In this document: in pieces, positions 11,877 to 23,300 of the stretch | How positions within the stretch are numbered: position 1 is the first letter of the stretch | Layout: each line of letters starts with the position of its first letter | Assembly (NCBI GenBank): GCA_001938485.1 | Contig: MQRK01170873.1 | Span: 14,585-64,004, forward strand | DNA: 49,420 nucleotides | From: Girardia tigrina | Lineage: Eukaryota | Reading direction: 5' to 3' | Notes under the pieces: model-generated | Databases searched by the model: none | Seen by the model: the letters and a program-made list of their open reading frames with translations, nothing else | Told to the model about the DNA's origin: nothing | Translations under genes and position numbers: made by a program

Positions 11877-12040
11877 AAGGACAAGAGCAATGAAGCTTAT
11901 AAACCGAAGAATTTTTCAGTCACTTATGATCATTATGAAGCTATCGAACTTGATTAAAAAATACTAACATTAGTGCTGTACATTTTGAGAAAGGAGAATA
12001 TGAGCAATGTATTGTGGTGTGTGATAAATCCGTTGAATTG
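11877..12040 (+). pseudogene. STIP1: STIP1/Hop TPR2A-like fragment with stop and frameshift
   Basis: KDKSNEAYKPKNFSVTYDHYEAIELD* / TNISAVHFEKGEYEQCIVVCDKSVEL matches Hop [27 protein letters not shown]...[25 protein letters not shown]. Confidence 0.8.
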
Positions 12041-12519
12041 CGCTGCATTCACGACTCCACTGCGCCCGTTCTGTTGCTAACAGTATGTATGAATGCATTA
12101 ATGCTGTATGTTGTATCGATTATTGTAATCTTTGAATGGTGATCCTAATCCAACATTGACAGAAATGGTTAAATTTGATGTCTTAAAAATAAATATTTAT
12201 AAAAATTGTTCGATTAACCATTATTATAACTAGAAATAAAAAAACCAAGTTGAATGATGTCAAACGATGAACAATCTTCCGAGAGTTGTTTTAACTCGAA
12301 ATATGATAATAATAAATATTCAATTGAAAATTGTCTCAATTTTATTAACGTTATTAAAGGTGCTGCAATATTTAAATAAAATAAACACAAGAAATTTTAC
12401 AGAGATATTTTTAAACATTCAAATATCAACATTTGGATTGTATAAATCTTTTTTTACAATCTAAAAAGAAATTAAAAGCATTTAAGTTATTATGTTTCAC
12501 ATATCTTCTCCATAGGAAC

Positions 12520-13090
12520 TCGTAGAGGTGGGACTGCAAATATTCCTTTGGAATCACGTGGTGTAACAAATAAATTCGTCACCGTACATTGCCTCTTAGC
12601 TTACCAACCCGAGGAAGTGTCATTGATTAAGGGAACTTAACGTTTTACCAGGGTCATTTGTAAAATTAAAATAAATTAATGTTTTAAAATATAAATAAAA
12701 TAATTGCTCCCTCATCATGGCCATCTCTATAAGCGGACCATTACATTTTATGGTTGGTAGTGTGAATCGAGACAATTATAAAAAATTACTTTTTTTTAAC
12801 TCATCCACCACCTTCCTTTCACCAAACATTATTTGATACATAACAACGCCTTTATTCACACAGGAATTGTCACGCTGAACCATATGTAAGTGGTTCATTT
12901 GCCCCCATATTCCCTATTCTTAAACCCCATCGAATTAGTTTTCAGTAAACTAAAGAGAAGTATTCGATCGACGTTAACATTTGTGTCAGGAATTTCAGAC
13001 ATGAGTCCGTCTCAGAGACAGAACCTGTAGTCAGACTTAAAAAGTATTCTAACTTTAAGAATATTATCACCACATTAAAAATTTTTTTCC
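12520..13090 (+). mobile_element. IS630/Tc1-like (DDE_3) transposase remnant
   Basis: NCSLIMAISISG...LIHNNAFIH...VHLPPYSLFLNPIELVFSKLKRSIR carries the DNA.FH and LPPYSP.LNPIE signatures. Confidence 0.88.
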
Positions 13091-13479
13091 GTCATGATAA
13101 TGTAAATTAATGAAGATATATTAATTGTAAAGTAAATGTAAATAAATAATTTAATTTATAAATTATCTTTTTAATTATTTTTATTTGAAAATTCCATAAT
13201 TTCAAAATTATGATTTAAATTTATTATCATAATTTAAATTTATTATCAGTGCCCTTAATTACTATAAAACGACCTTAATAAATTGTAAAGTTGTGAATAT
13301 TGCAGTTTGATAAATATGCACTTTTTAAACAAATGTTTAAAGCAAATTTGTTAATATTGATTTTCAATTATTATTGCAATTTAAATTAAATTAGTTTGTT
13401 TTTTTCATTTTAAATTTTTTAATTTTAATAAATAATCATTGATTATGAAATTTTATTTTCTTCGTGATGTCCCTAGTCA

Positions 13480-13810
13480 TCACACTTGATCAGTTTGAAT
13501 CTTCGGACTTCCTACATTAGAGTCTGAAACATCTTATCCCATCGTATCTCTCTTCCAGTAGTCTCAAGAGGTCTGGAGAACATTAGAACCGAAGCCAATG
13601 TTCTCGATAAGTCTCAGAGGTTCACACACTAACGATTTCTTTAAATATAACATTTTTTTCTCGTTTGAAGCGTCCGTATCTATGATCGTTACTCTTAACG
13701 TTGTTTTCCAAATCTCAAATTCCTTTCCGGACTCTTCAAAACGTCGGTACATTTAGTGGGCTGAACATCCCAAACTTTTTCTTTGGTTTCGCCTCTGACA
13801 TGACAGTCGA
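13480..13810 (-). mobile_element. BEL/Pao gag (DUF1759-like) remnant
   Basis: RFEESGKEFEIWKTTLRVTIIDTDASNEKKMLYLKKSLVCEPLRLIENI fits the Pao gag pattern F.G...W...F...I......K..YL...L.GE....I. Confidence 0.65.
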
Positions 13811-13889
13811 AGACGAAGCTCGAATGCTGATTGACGCAATGTAGTGACCAGTAACATGTTCGTTTTATAAATAAAAATTCTTTATTCAT

Positions 13890-14565
13890 AATTCTTAAAA
13901 ATTCATAATCGTATTTCCTGTTTTATTTTTTAATGGAAAAACTCAAGCATATTTTGTATATAAATCTATAATTGTTAAAATATATTTATAATCTTCTTTT
14001 TTCATTTCAACTAAATCCGCTCCCCAAATATCATCTTTATTAAAAACTTTAATTTTTAAAAAAGTTTTTAGGTTTTCTGTATTCTTTATGTAATTCATCT
14101 TTATTTAAATAACCACCGAAGGTAGGACTTTGTCCGCCACCAAACATAATTTTTAACTTCATTGCATTTTTTACAAGCATTCTAGCAATTATTTCTCCAA
14201 TGGTTGGCTTTTTAATTTCATTTAAATCTTGAATTAAATCAATATCTGCTTTTTGTCTTGAACGAATATCTTCATTTTTATAAGCAATATCATGTTTTAA
14301 TGTTGCTTCATCAACACGATTTATTGGTTCTTCTCCAGGATTTGGATTATTATTTTTATCTAATCTGATGTCTAAACGTGTTCTTGGTCCAGCATAAGCG
14401 TAGCCCGGAAGATGGTGTTCTCCTTTATAGTTTGACCATTTTGGTAATTTTTGAAAGTGTTTGAAGATCTCCTTGTTTTGTAATATGTTTTTGTGTTTTC
14501 TCATGTTTAGCTTTGTTAGATTTTGAAATGTATTTTTCACATGAGTTACAAAAATATTTAGTCAT
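13890..14565 (-). mobile_element. Polinton/Maverick (adintovirus) ORF: C2H2 zinc finger + parvovirus-type PLA2 + retroviral-like integrase N-terminal part, frameshifted
   Basis: ATG at 14565 gives MTKYFCNSCEKYISKSNKAKHEKTQKH. Then HLPGYAYAGPRTRL...PINRVDEATLKHDIAY...RQKAD (PLA2 Ca-loop and HD motif). Then ELHKEYRK / KIKVFNKDDIWGADLVEMKKEDYKYILTIIDLYTKYA*VFPLKNKTG (Polinton integrase). Confidence 0.92.
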
Positions 14566-14619
14566 TTTTAAAATAAAAATTATTGAGATGTAAATTTAAT
14601 AAAACTATAAGTCAGCATA

Positions 14620-14890
14620 ATAATCAAATTTTACAACCGTGTTGTAATCTAAGAAAAGTTTAAACTTTATCATTTCAACATGTTTTCGTTAGTATAATAA
14701 TCAAATTTTACAACGGTGTTGTAATCTAAAAATAGATAATTTTTACAACGCCGTTGTAATCTAAAAAATAAATAATTTTTATATAAAATATTTTGATAAT
14801 TGATTTTTATTTAATAAAACTATAACAACATAATAATCAAGTAAACTATCAAATTTTACAACAGTGTTGTAATCTAAAAATAGATAATTT
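14620..14890. repeat. Four copies of the palindrome TTACAAC-nnn-GTTGTAA within a ~35-bp repeat unit
   Basis: TTTTACAAC(CGT/GGT/GCC/AGT)GTTGTAATCTAA at ~14630, ~14706, ~14742 and ~14854. Confidence 0.9.
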
Positions 14891-14892
14891 GT

Positions 14893-15660
14893 TCATACAT
14901 TTCGCCAATATGTTGGATCATCTTCCAAGATTTCACAGATGAGCCTCCAATTAGCTTGTACATATCTAATTGGGACACCGAGATATTGTAATCTGGGGAA
15001 ATCGCTTGCTTTCTTATACAATTTTCTAAGAAAATATGTCATTGATATTTTATATTCAATTAGTTTGGAATTAAAATGGTATTTAAATGCCAATCCTTGG
15101 TTTTCACAAGTTTCTTTGATTGAATTAAAATAACCCCCTGAAAGAATATAATAATATAATACTTCCACTTGTTTTTGCTTTATTTTCTCAGCAAGTTCTT
15201 GAATTTTTTTTAATTGAATCATCCATTTCGAGATCATAATTTGCATCAAGAATAGTATTATCATATTGTANNNNNNNNNNNNNNNNNNNNNNNNNNNNNN
15301 NNNNNNNNNNNNNNNNNNNNNNNNNNNNNNNNNNNNNNNNNNNNNNNNNNNNNNNNNNNNNNNNNNNNNNNNNNNNNNNNNNNNNNNNNNNNNNNNNNNN
15401 NNNNNNNNNNNNNNNNNNNNNNNNNGTTGATTTATTATTTTCTAATTTCTTTTTTATTTTATTTTGCTTTTCTTCTTGTAATTTACTAATATATGCTATA
15501 TTTGTAAATTGTGGCACTAATAAATTCTTCTTTTAAATAAATATTACATTCTTCTCTTAATTCTGGGATCACATATTTATCCAATAAAGTTTGAAAAATA
15601 TTTTTTAAACCTAATATAAATTTCTTCTTTTCCTCAAAACTATTTTGTTTCTTCATTTTC
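14893..15660 (-). pseudogene. Hypothetical Polinton accessory ORF(s), interrupted by an N-gap
   Basis: Lys/Ile-rich intronless ORFs co-oriented with and adjacent to the PLA2-integrase ORF (…LQYLGVPIRYVQANWRLICEILEDDPTYWRNV). No recognisable domain. Confidence 0.45.
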
Positions 15661-15689
15661 TTTTACTAAAAAAAGAAACAAATATAATA

Positions 15690-17030
15690 AAATATGATTA
15701 AATAGGATGACTGTAGAATTTCATTATTTATTTTAGAAATAATATTAAAATTATATCTCTAAACTAAATAATATTATATTCTTAATAAATTAAAATAAAA
15801 TATAATTAAATAGGATGACTGTAGAATTTCATTATTTATTTTAGAAATAATATTAAAATTATATCTGTTAAGAATTGATAAAGGAAAAAAATATATGTAT
15901 TTAATTTTTATTAAAATTTAAAAATTAAAAGGTAAAAAAATTTATATATATTTATAAAATTTTTGAATTATAATTAAAAAGAGAAAAATACAGTTTAATT
16001 ATTCTGGAATGTTGTTTAAATGTATCAATTTAAATGAATCTTGCGTGACTGTTGTGGCCTCAGTTTTCAATCAATAAAAGATATTTTATTTCGTTTACTC
16101 TATTCAAATTTGATAGTGATTTTGATTCCTATTGTTGAATTATATTGTCAACTCTGATTTGATTTTTAAACGATTTAAAGATAATTGTCTTGAAACAGAA
16201 AATTCGATAGCGATGAATTTCGATTTGATTGTGCAGAGAAATTTGCCGTATGACTTTCACGAGTTATCGACCGACAAAAAGATGAAGCGAATCGATGAGA
16301 TGCAGCACGTGCACCTCGATAGAGAGAAAATCACGAGGATCGAGAATACAGAGATGCTGTCGAGTGGCGTCACGCATCTGTATTTGCATCACAATCGAAT
16401 TGAAAGAATCCAAAATCTCGACGGTCTCGTCAATCTACGATGTATCATGCTATCGGATAATTTGATCGGGACCATCGAGAATATTTAAGGTTTTAAGAAA
16501 CTGAAAATACTCGATCTTTCTTTCAATCGGATCGAGGAGATTAGCTCCAAAAATAAATCAAATAAAACGATAAACGATCGATTGTTCGATAAAGACATCG
16601 ATCATTTCTCTTCAACAGACTCAGGGAAAACGAAAGACAACTCGAATAAACCCGCTAAATCGGTTCTCAAGTCGCTCTTAAATCCCTCAAAAGAACTCAG
16701 TGACATTTCGTTTCTCTTCGACAAATCACAATCGCAATTCGATCTCAAAACGAACTCGATCGATAAATCTGCACCGACAAATGCGTTCAAAACCGAATAT
16801 CAACCGTCGACTGGCAATCCGAAGACATCTCTATGGGCCCAGATGCTCACTTCTGTGGGGAAATTTGGAAACAATATCTCTAAACTAAATAAATATTATA
16901 TTCTTAATAAATTAAAATAAAATATAATTAAATAGGGTGGCTGTAGAATTTCATTATTTATTTTAGAAATAATATTAAAATTATATCTCTAAAATAAATA
17001 ATATTATATTCTTAATAAATTAAAATAAAA
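15690..17030. repeat. 108-bp tandem repeat array split by a ~1-kb insertion
   Basis: The unit core AATAGGATGACTGTAGAATTTCATTATTTATTTTAGAAATAATATTAAAATTATATCT occurs at ~15701, ~15809 and ~16931. The array breaks after ATATCT (15861-15866) and resumes in register at ATATCT (16874-16879). Confidence 0.9.
16213..16875 (+). pseudogene. LRRC46: LRRC46-like leucine-rich-repeat gene fragment with in-frame TAA, 3'-truncated
   Basis: LIVQRNLP...HVHLDREKITRIEN...THLYLHHNRIERIQNLDGLVNLRCIMLSDNLIGTIENI*GFKKLKILDLSFNRIEEI. SDS22-like LRRs, with an N-terminus resembling LRRC46 (LITKRNL...VRLDREGITTIRN). ORFs 16132 and 16582 are in the same frame. Confidence 0.72.
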
Positions 17031-17437
17031 TCAACTTACTGATTCAATAGATCAATTATTTTAAATAATTAACACTATTGCTATTCACAACTAATTGCTT
17101 AGTTATTGGAATAGTTAAAAAAAATTATATTTTTATTAAAATTTTTTTACATAATCATTTTTTTTATTTGGGGAATTGTGATCTTTAGAGTTTTCATGAG
17201 ATTTTAAAGCTGATGGTTTTAGAAAAGATTTTTAACAAAGTCTACAAAATAAATCTTCGCTGGTACTCGACATTTTTTTCGCCCTTTTTTACTATTTTTT
17301 TATTTTATTAATGAGTTTTTTTTATAATTTTGGAAGGTGATTTTTGTATCTTTTTTTATTTTTCATGAAATTTTAAGGATTTTAGGGTAAAAGAATGTGA
17401 ATCTTATATTGAGATTTTTGTTTAACCAAGATGCTGT

Positions 17438-17672
17438 AGTAGTATGAATATAACTAGCATCAGGACAATCTAACCCGAGTGAATGGAATGAGCGAGGTGA
17501 AACGAGGCCGGTTCGAGGAGTGAGCGAAGTGAACGACGATAAAGAGGCCGAAGTTGAGCCGAAAACGAACGGAATGAACGGTTTTTAGGTCCCTGAGGAG
17601 CGAACGAAGTGAGCGACAAAGGGGCCTAAAAAACAGGTGGGTTGTCCTGGTGCTAGTTATATTCATACTACT
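17438..17672. mobile_element. MITE with ~33-bp terminal inverted repeats and internal GAGCGAAG-type motifs
   Basis: AGTAGTATGAATATAACTAGCATCAGGACAA pairs with TTGTCCTGGTGCTAGTTATATTCATACTACT. Internal hairpin GTTTTTAGGTCCCT...AGGGGCCTAAAAAAC. Confidence 0.85.
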
Positions 17673-17969
17673 CATAGGCTAGCAGTATTACTTCATTGTC
17701 TGGAATAACGAACTCGTTCACTTGCAAGGCGAAGTTGACATGTTGCAAGGTGTTTACTAACTGTTCTTCCTCAAATTTTGTAGAACAGAATTTCTAAAAG
17801 CAAAATACACTATAATTATATACTTTTGAATTACATCATTCAAATGACAAAACATTATTTCATTTTATGTCTATTAATCATAATTTATGAAAAATTATTT
17901 CATTTTGTATGTTTTTTGATTGATTGATAATCTAATTAGTCATTAATTTAAAATACAAAAGAACTGCTA

Positions 17970-18560
17970 TTTAAAAATATATTTCTGGATCCGTTTTGAC
18001 GTTTCTACCGTCATCTTCAGATCACAAAATTTTAGCTTTTTTACTGCTTATATATGAAATTGATGATTATCTAATCTATTACATAAAATGAATGGAAAAC
18101 TCTTAACAAATTGGTTGATAATGTTGCTTGAATATTAATTTTAGAATCACGAGACTTTATTAACAAAGCTTCTTACGACACCCTCTCCCAATAATTTTTA
18201 ACATGCTTGCATAAAATTTTGAAATCATTTATACTCAAGTTACATTTACAAGTTTTTCTATGCTCTTTTCCTATTACTCTTACCTCCATAAGTAATGTTC
18301 TTGGACTCATTGTCAGAAATGATGCCCAGTTTCCAATGTATGTGGCATTGCACTCATTACATGTATAATGGTAAACAACGTCCCAAAAAAAACTCGATCA
18401 TCATTAAATAACATATGTCGATAGACTTTACCTTTAAAAATTTAAATTTTGTGCAACTGCGCCCTTTATTAATGCTATATTTAAAGTGGTTGACCTTTAT
18501 GTACTTTAAATTTGTATTTGACTTTTGGCCCTTAGTGAGTCAGCTAATCTATCACGATTT
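17970..18560 (-). mobile_element. Penelope-like element 3' end: GIY-YIG remnant followed by a damaged hammerhead motif
   Basis: DVVYHYTCNECNATYIG...EH...CKCNLSINDFKILC...EALLIKSRDSKINIQ. Downstream is TATATAAG...GTGAT-CTGAAGA-T-GACGGTAGAAACGTC-AAAA, where the GAAA core is lost. Confidence 0.85.
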
Positions 18561-19104
18561 TTAAAATTTTTCCTCCAAACTATATCTTAAAAGTTTTCCA
18601 CGTATAATATTTATACAATATTTTTATATAAAATATAAATAATATTTTTTTATTTTAAAATTATAAATACTAAGAAAACAACGGTGGATATCACCATTAT
18701 TTATAAATTTATTTACATTTTAACGAAATAGAAGACGTCGTGATTGCAGAATGTAAACAGATTTGATAATTAACACTCTCAGTGGAGCCAGTTTTCGACA
18801 TCTCGAATAGTTACATTTCTATGGTTCGTAAAATATTTTTTTCATTAAAACAAAAAAATATGACGATTAACTTAGAATAACAATTTGTAATAATCAAAAA
18901 ATTTTTGCGAAATTATTACAATCATATTATCTTTCCTTTTATTTGCACACCAAAAATCAAACCACTTAGAAAATTTGTACATTTAAACACAAATTATTTT
19001 AATAAAAATTTGAATTATACAATAATGACATTTAATAATAAAAATCTATAAGATAAGCGTGACACAACAATACATAACATGTTGATCTTCAAATTGTAGT
19101 TAGG

Positions 19105-19420
19105 AATTTGACTTCGAGCGATTGGGGCCAGCATCTCTTTATAGTGCGAGTTGTCGGGAAGTCGATCGGTCGGTTGAGTGGCCACCACGAACCAGTCAGG
19201 CTTGATGGCCATCGGTTGGCGTGTCGATAGGTATCGCATTTCTGTCCAGTCGGTGATGGCTTCCTGTCCCGTCTTTCCTGCTGTATTGCAGTCGGCGCCG
19301 CTCGAAACAGTGGTTAGTGAGACCGGCTCGTCGGTCGGTGATTCAAATATACAGCCGGTAGGATCGCGTAGATTTTTTATTGAACCACTACTGTAGCGGC
19401 TGCCGTTTGGCGAAGCACTC
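19105..19420 (-). pseudogene. Member of an unidentified GC-rich dispersed family (copy A)
   Basis: Reads DWTEMRYLST...SHYKEMLAPIARSQ, related to the copies at ~41100 and ~42600. Confidence 0.45.
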
Positions 19421-20059
19421 GATTTACGAATAAAATTAAAAGTAAAAAGACGATAAATGTTCGTTAAAAATGTATTAATATAAAAATTATTGACATTCGA
19501 AATTGTGAATATTTAAACAAGTGTTAATTTTTTTAATTAGTTTTTCTATTAATTTTTTTAATCGGTTTTTGTCAGCGTCACCACAGTGGGGAAAATGATT
19601 CTAAGCAAAAATAAAAATTATAGTAAAAGTTATTATAGTAAAAAAATTCCTATATCATTTATTAATGTAAATGGTATAAAGGTAAGGCTGATATGATAAT
19701 TTACAAGATCGGGGTATAAGAAATCATCCTTATGATTTCATTAAAAGTGAAGGATGAAAGTTAGAATTTACAAGAATATAATTATATGACATGTAAGATT
19801 AACATTAGCTTGTAATATTTTACAAGTGGCTGTACTAGGATCTCTGTTTATTTAAAGGATCATAATAGAAACATCATTGTAATTGATTAAATTGACATAC
19901 AAAAATTCTTATCTATGTAAGGTTAGGAATTTCTAACTCTGTGTGGGCAAATTAATAAAATTGTGACATTTATAAGTTATATCATATATTAAAAGAATAT
20001 TTATTGAACTCGGAAGTAAGAGAAAAATATTTAATGATACATCATCATAATTTTCAATA

Positions 20060-20330
20060 ATATCGTATTCCCTTCCTATATGCAATCTGCAATTGGGAAT
20101 TTTAATTCCCGTGCTGCATGCCACACTCAGACACCGTACGATCATCATATAATTGTCCTCCGTTATACACCAATCGCTGTAGAGCTATCGGTACTCCTTT
20201 ATCATAGATCTTTACTTTGATTTCTTGTATCATTTCATCAGCAGTGATGAATCATTGCAACGAATGCGTAGTCGGTATTATGTCAGTATTCTCTTCAATC
20301 ATTCTTCTCATCCATACTGTCAAACAATCA
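20060..20330 (-). pseudogene. Ubiquitin-like domain with two in-frame stops, at the C-terminal end of a larger decayed ORF (to ~21765)
   Basis: ITADEMIQEIKVKIYDKGVPIALQRLVYNGGQLYDDRTVSECGMQHGN*NSQLQIAYRKG aligns with ubiquitin [57 protein letters not shown]. Confidence 0.85.
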
Positions 20331-23300
20331 TCATTCAAATTCCATGCAATCTCAGTCATATTTCTCCAACAGAAGATCCCAAGGGATGAATCGTACAATG
20401 GTGCTGGGCCCATCTGTTGCGTCATACTTTGACACCTGCCCGAACAGAACATCGATTTAACGACCCTTTAATTTTTAAACCTTTTTATACTTTTTTACCC
20501 CCCTCCCGAATTTTCTACTAAAAGATTTCCAACGTTCATTTTTTCCCAAAATAAAATTTTCAACCACAATCCATGCAATTTCTAGCAGGTGGAGATTTAC
20601 ACGGAATTCGACAATCTTTCTTCATTCTAAACATAATGTTTCAATCACCAAATCATCATGGGGATCATGTTTCCATCATAAATATCATATATAGTTAAAG
20701 GAATCTGAGTAGTTGCTAGCATTGTAGTTGGAATTGTGGTAATTGGTTTGGCTGTCACATAGATTGATGGACTAATCATGATTTTCTTGAGGTTATCCTG
20801 ATATTTGATATCGATATCCAATTATACTGAGAACTGAAATAATAAACTCTCCTATGTGCAAATCTGCATACCATCGGTGTAAAATTTATTCTGAAAGTAA
20901 TTGCAAATATTTTATTTCGTCTTTGATAAATCTCTCTTGATCTCCCAATCTCGAATACCATGGGGTTGTTTCTCATTTCTAATTGAATGATACAGCTGAC
21001 ATAGATTGTAAAAACAAAAATCTATTGATTGTATTATCTGTTTCTGTTCGAAATGAAAGATGAATATAAATTATACTTATTCCTCTATTTCCGTATCTGA
21101 AACATATATAATAAAAATAATCATTAGAAAGATAAATAATAAGCATTTATTAATCGATATCATAACTTTTACATTCGCTTTCCTTATTTTTGGCATTTCT
21201 TTGGTTTCTTTTACTATGATATCTGTTAATATATTGGATCTCTGGATTATTTTCATGAAGTAGGTGTATTTGTACTATATTTTGTAGTAGGTCTTGCTGA
21301 ACAATTTCTTGATTGATTTAATTCTCACTGTCGTAATCCTCCTGCTTGAGTGTGTTTTCTTCTATATGATCGTTGAGTTTACAAAAGAAAATAAATACAT
21401 GGCAGCCAAGAATTCCGTATTTTACTGTAACACTAATAAAGTTTGTAAAAATGGGAGATTTTTCAAGTGTCATCTCCAAAGATCACATTACTTTCTAAAT
21501 ACTTAAGCAACTCCTATTTTTCAATCACTAAAATTTTGGCCGGATCATTAGCACCCCTAACATGCAAAATGATGACTGCATATTTATCCGGGATTTCAAA
21601 ATTTGTTGCATTTGGATTATATAAACAAGTAACCTCATTGTACATTTGCAAAGTTCTAGTAATAAAAAAATTTACATTTTCTTCAATATGTCCGAATTTA
21701 CACTCGATTGGAATGTCCTATAACAATCTTAGGCTTTCCCCATATATTCTTAATTGTATCATTTATTTTTTGTTTTAAGATTTGCGTTTGACTTTTTTGC
21801 GGATTTGATTTATGACAATGATTCCTCAAACAAAACTTCTTTTTTCGTCTTTAAATTTGCTCTGAACTTTTTCGAATAGTATAATAAGTCAATAGTATAA
21901 TAAGTTGTAATCACATTATAACCCTTTTGAAAAATAATATGATAAATTATATTTTTTAGTATAAATTATGTTATAAAATAAATTACTTAAATTCATACAT
22001 TACTTTACATCAAAAGTATTTTAAACACCATTCAAAAATATAGTATTCTACTATATAATATTATATAAAATATTCTATAATAATAATTATTATTACATTA
22101 TACATCATTTATTATATTAATAAAATATTCTATTTTTATTATTATACTATTTATTATTATAATTAATGCTGTAATTTTATTAAAAAAATGCAAATTTTAA
22201 TGCATTACTGACATTAGAAAAATCTCGATTTTTAACCTTTCTTGTTGCAACTTACATAAATATAATATTTAAACGAAAATAAATAAGCTTGCAACATCTC
22301 AGCTCTATCCGATAATGAAAAGTAGGAGAAATAATGACTAAAAGATTAAAATAAACATAGTAAAGCTTAAAAGTAAGTATTTGCTATAAATTTTTATTTT
22401 TTATTAATAAATAGATTTAATAGATAGAATTTTTTTTCCTCAATAAATTTTAATTTTTATGGATACAAAAAAATAATCTTGTTCTGTTTTATCTTGTTTC
22501 GAAATTTTGTAAGCATTTTATTATATTATAATTTTTATGGATATTTATATTTGCGTCCTTTTCAAGAATCAATTGTTTCGTTATTCTCATGATTAGAATC
22601 TTCATCGAGTTTGAATGACAAAAGTCACTGATTTATTTCTGTTTTCATTGATTTATAGATATCTATATGTGCATATAATAATATTTTAATGTAATTAATT
22701 TAAAATATTGAAAAGAAACTAAAAATAAAAATTATTATTAAAATTTGGTTTGAATTCAAACACGAACAAAGACTTTCTTGTTTGGTTTTTGTATGTTGAT
22801 TGATTTACCTAGTCATCGTGTATGTGTGCCGAGTAACATAGACACAATAGCTTACTCAACACTGTTCTATGGGATAGAATTTTCAATCATATCGAGTTAT
22901 CAGTCATCAATTATTTTTAAATGTCATTTTTTGTTATTATTTTGCGTTATTTTGAAGTGTTCGTGATTTTCTGAATTTGACAGTTGTTGACTTAAATAAT
23001 ATTTTAGTTGTGCGATTAAAAAGTCGATTTTTGAAAATTGAATTTAATTTCAATTTCCAATTTTGTAAATAATATTTTGAGCCAGTGAAATTTTAAATTA
23101 CTGACGACGAATATTTTCTGGCGAATTAGAATTCATTTTATTTTAAAATTTGAAAAGAAATATTTGCAAATTCATTTGAGCCAAAAGAATTTGCGATTTG
23201 AAAAAAATATTTTTTGTCATTGTGATTTGCAAAATATTACAGTTGAAGGATTTTTAGACTAAATATTCACCATTTATGCGATTTTTTTTGTTTCGAGCTA

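Noticed and set aside
14620-14890. CRISPR-like array of palindromic repeats
   Set aside because: Eukaryotic context, irregular spacing, spacers are partly repeated AT-rich sequence, and there are no cas genes.
19581-19615. CACAGTG heptamer followed by GCAAAAATA, RSS/Transib-like
   Set aside because: The spacer is 16 nt rather than 12 or 23, and no partner TIR or Transib/RAG ORF was found.
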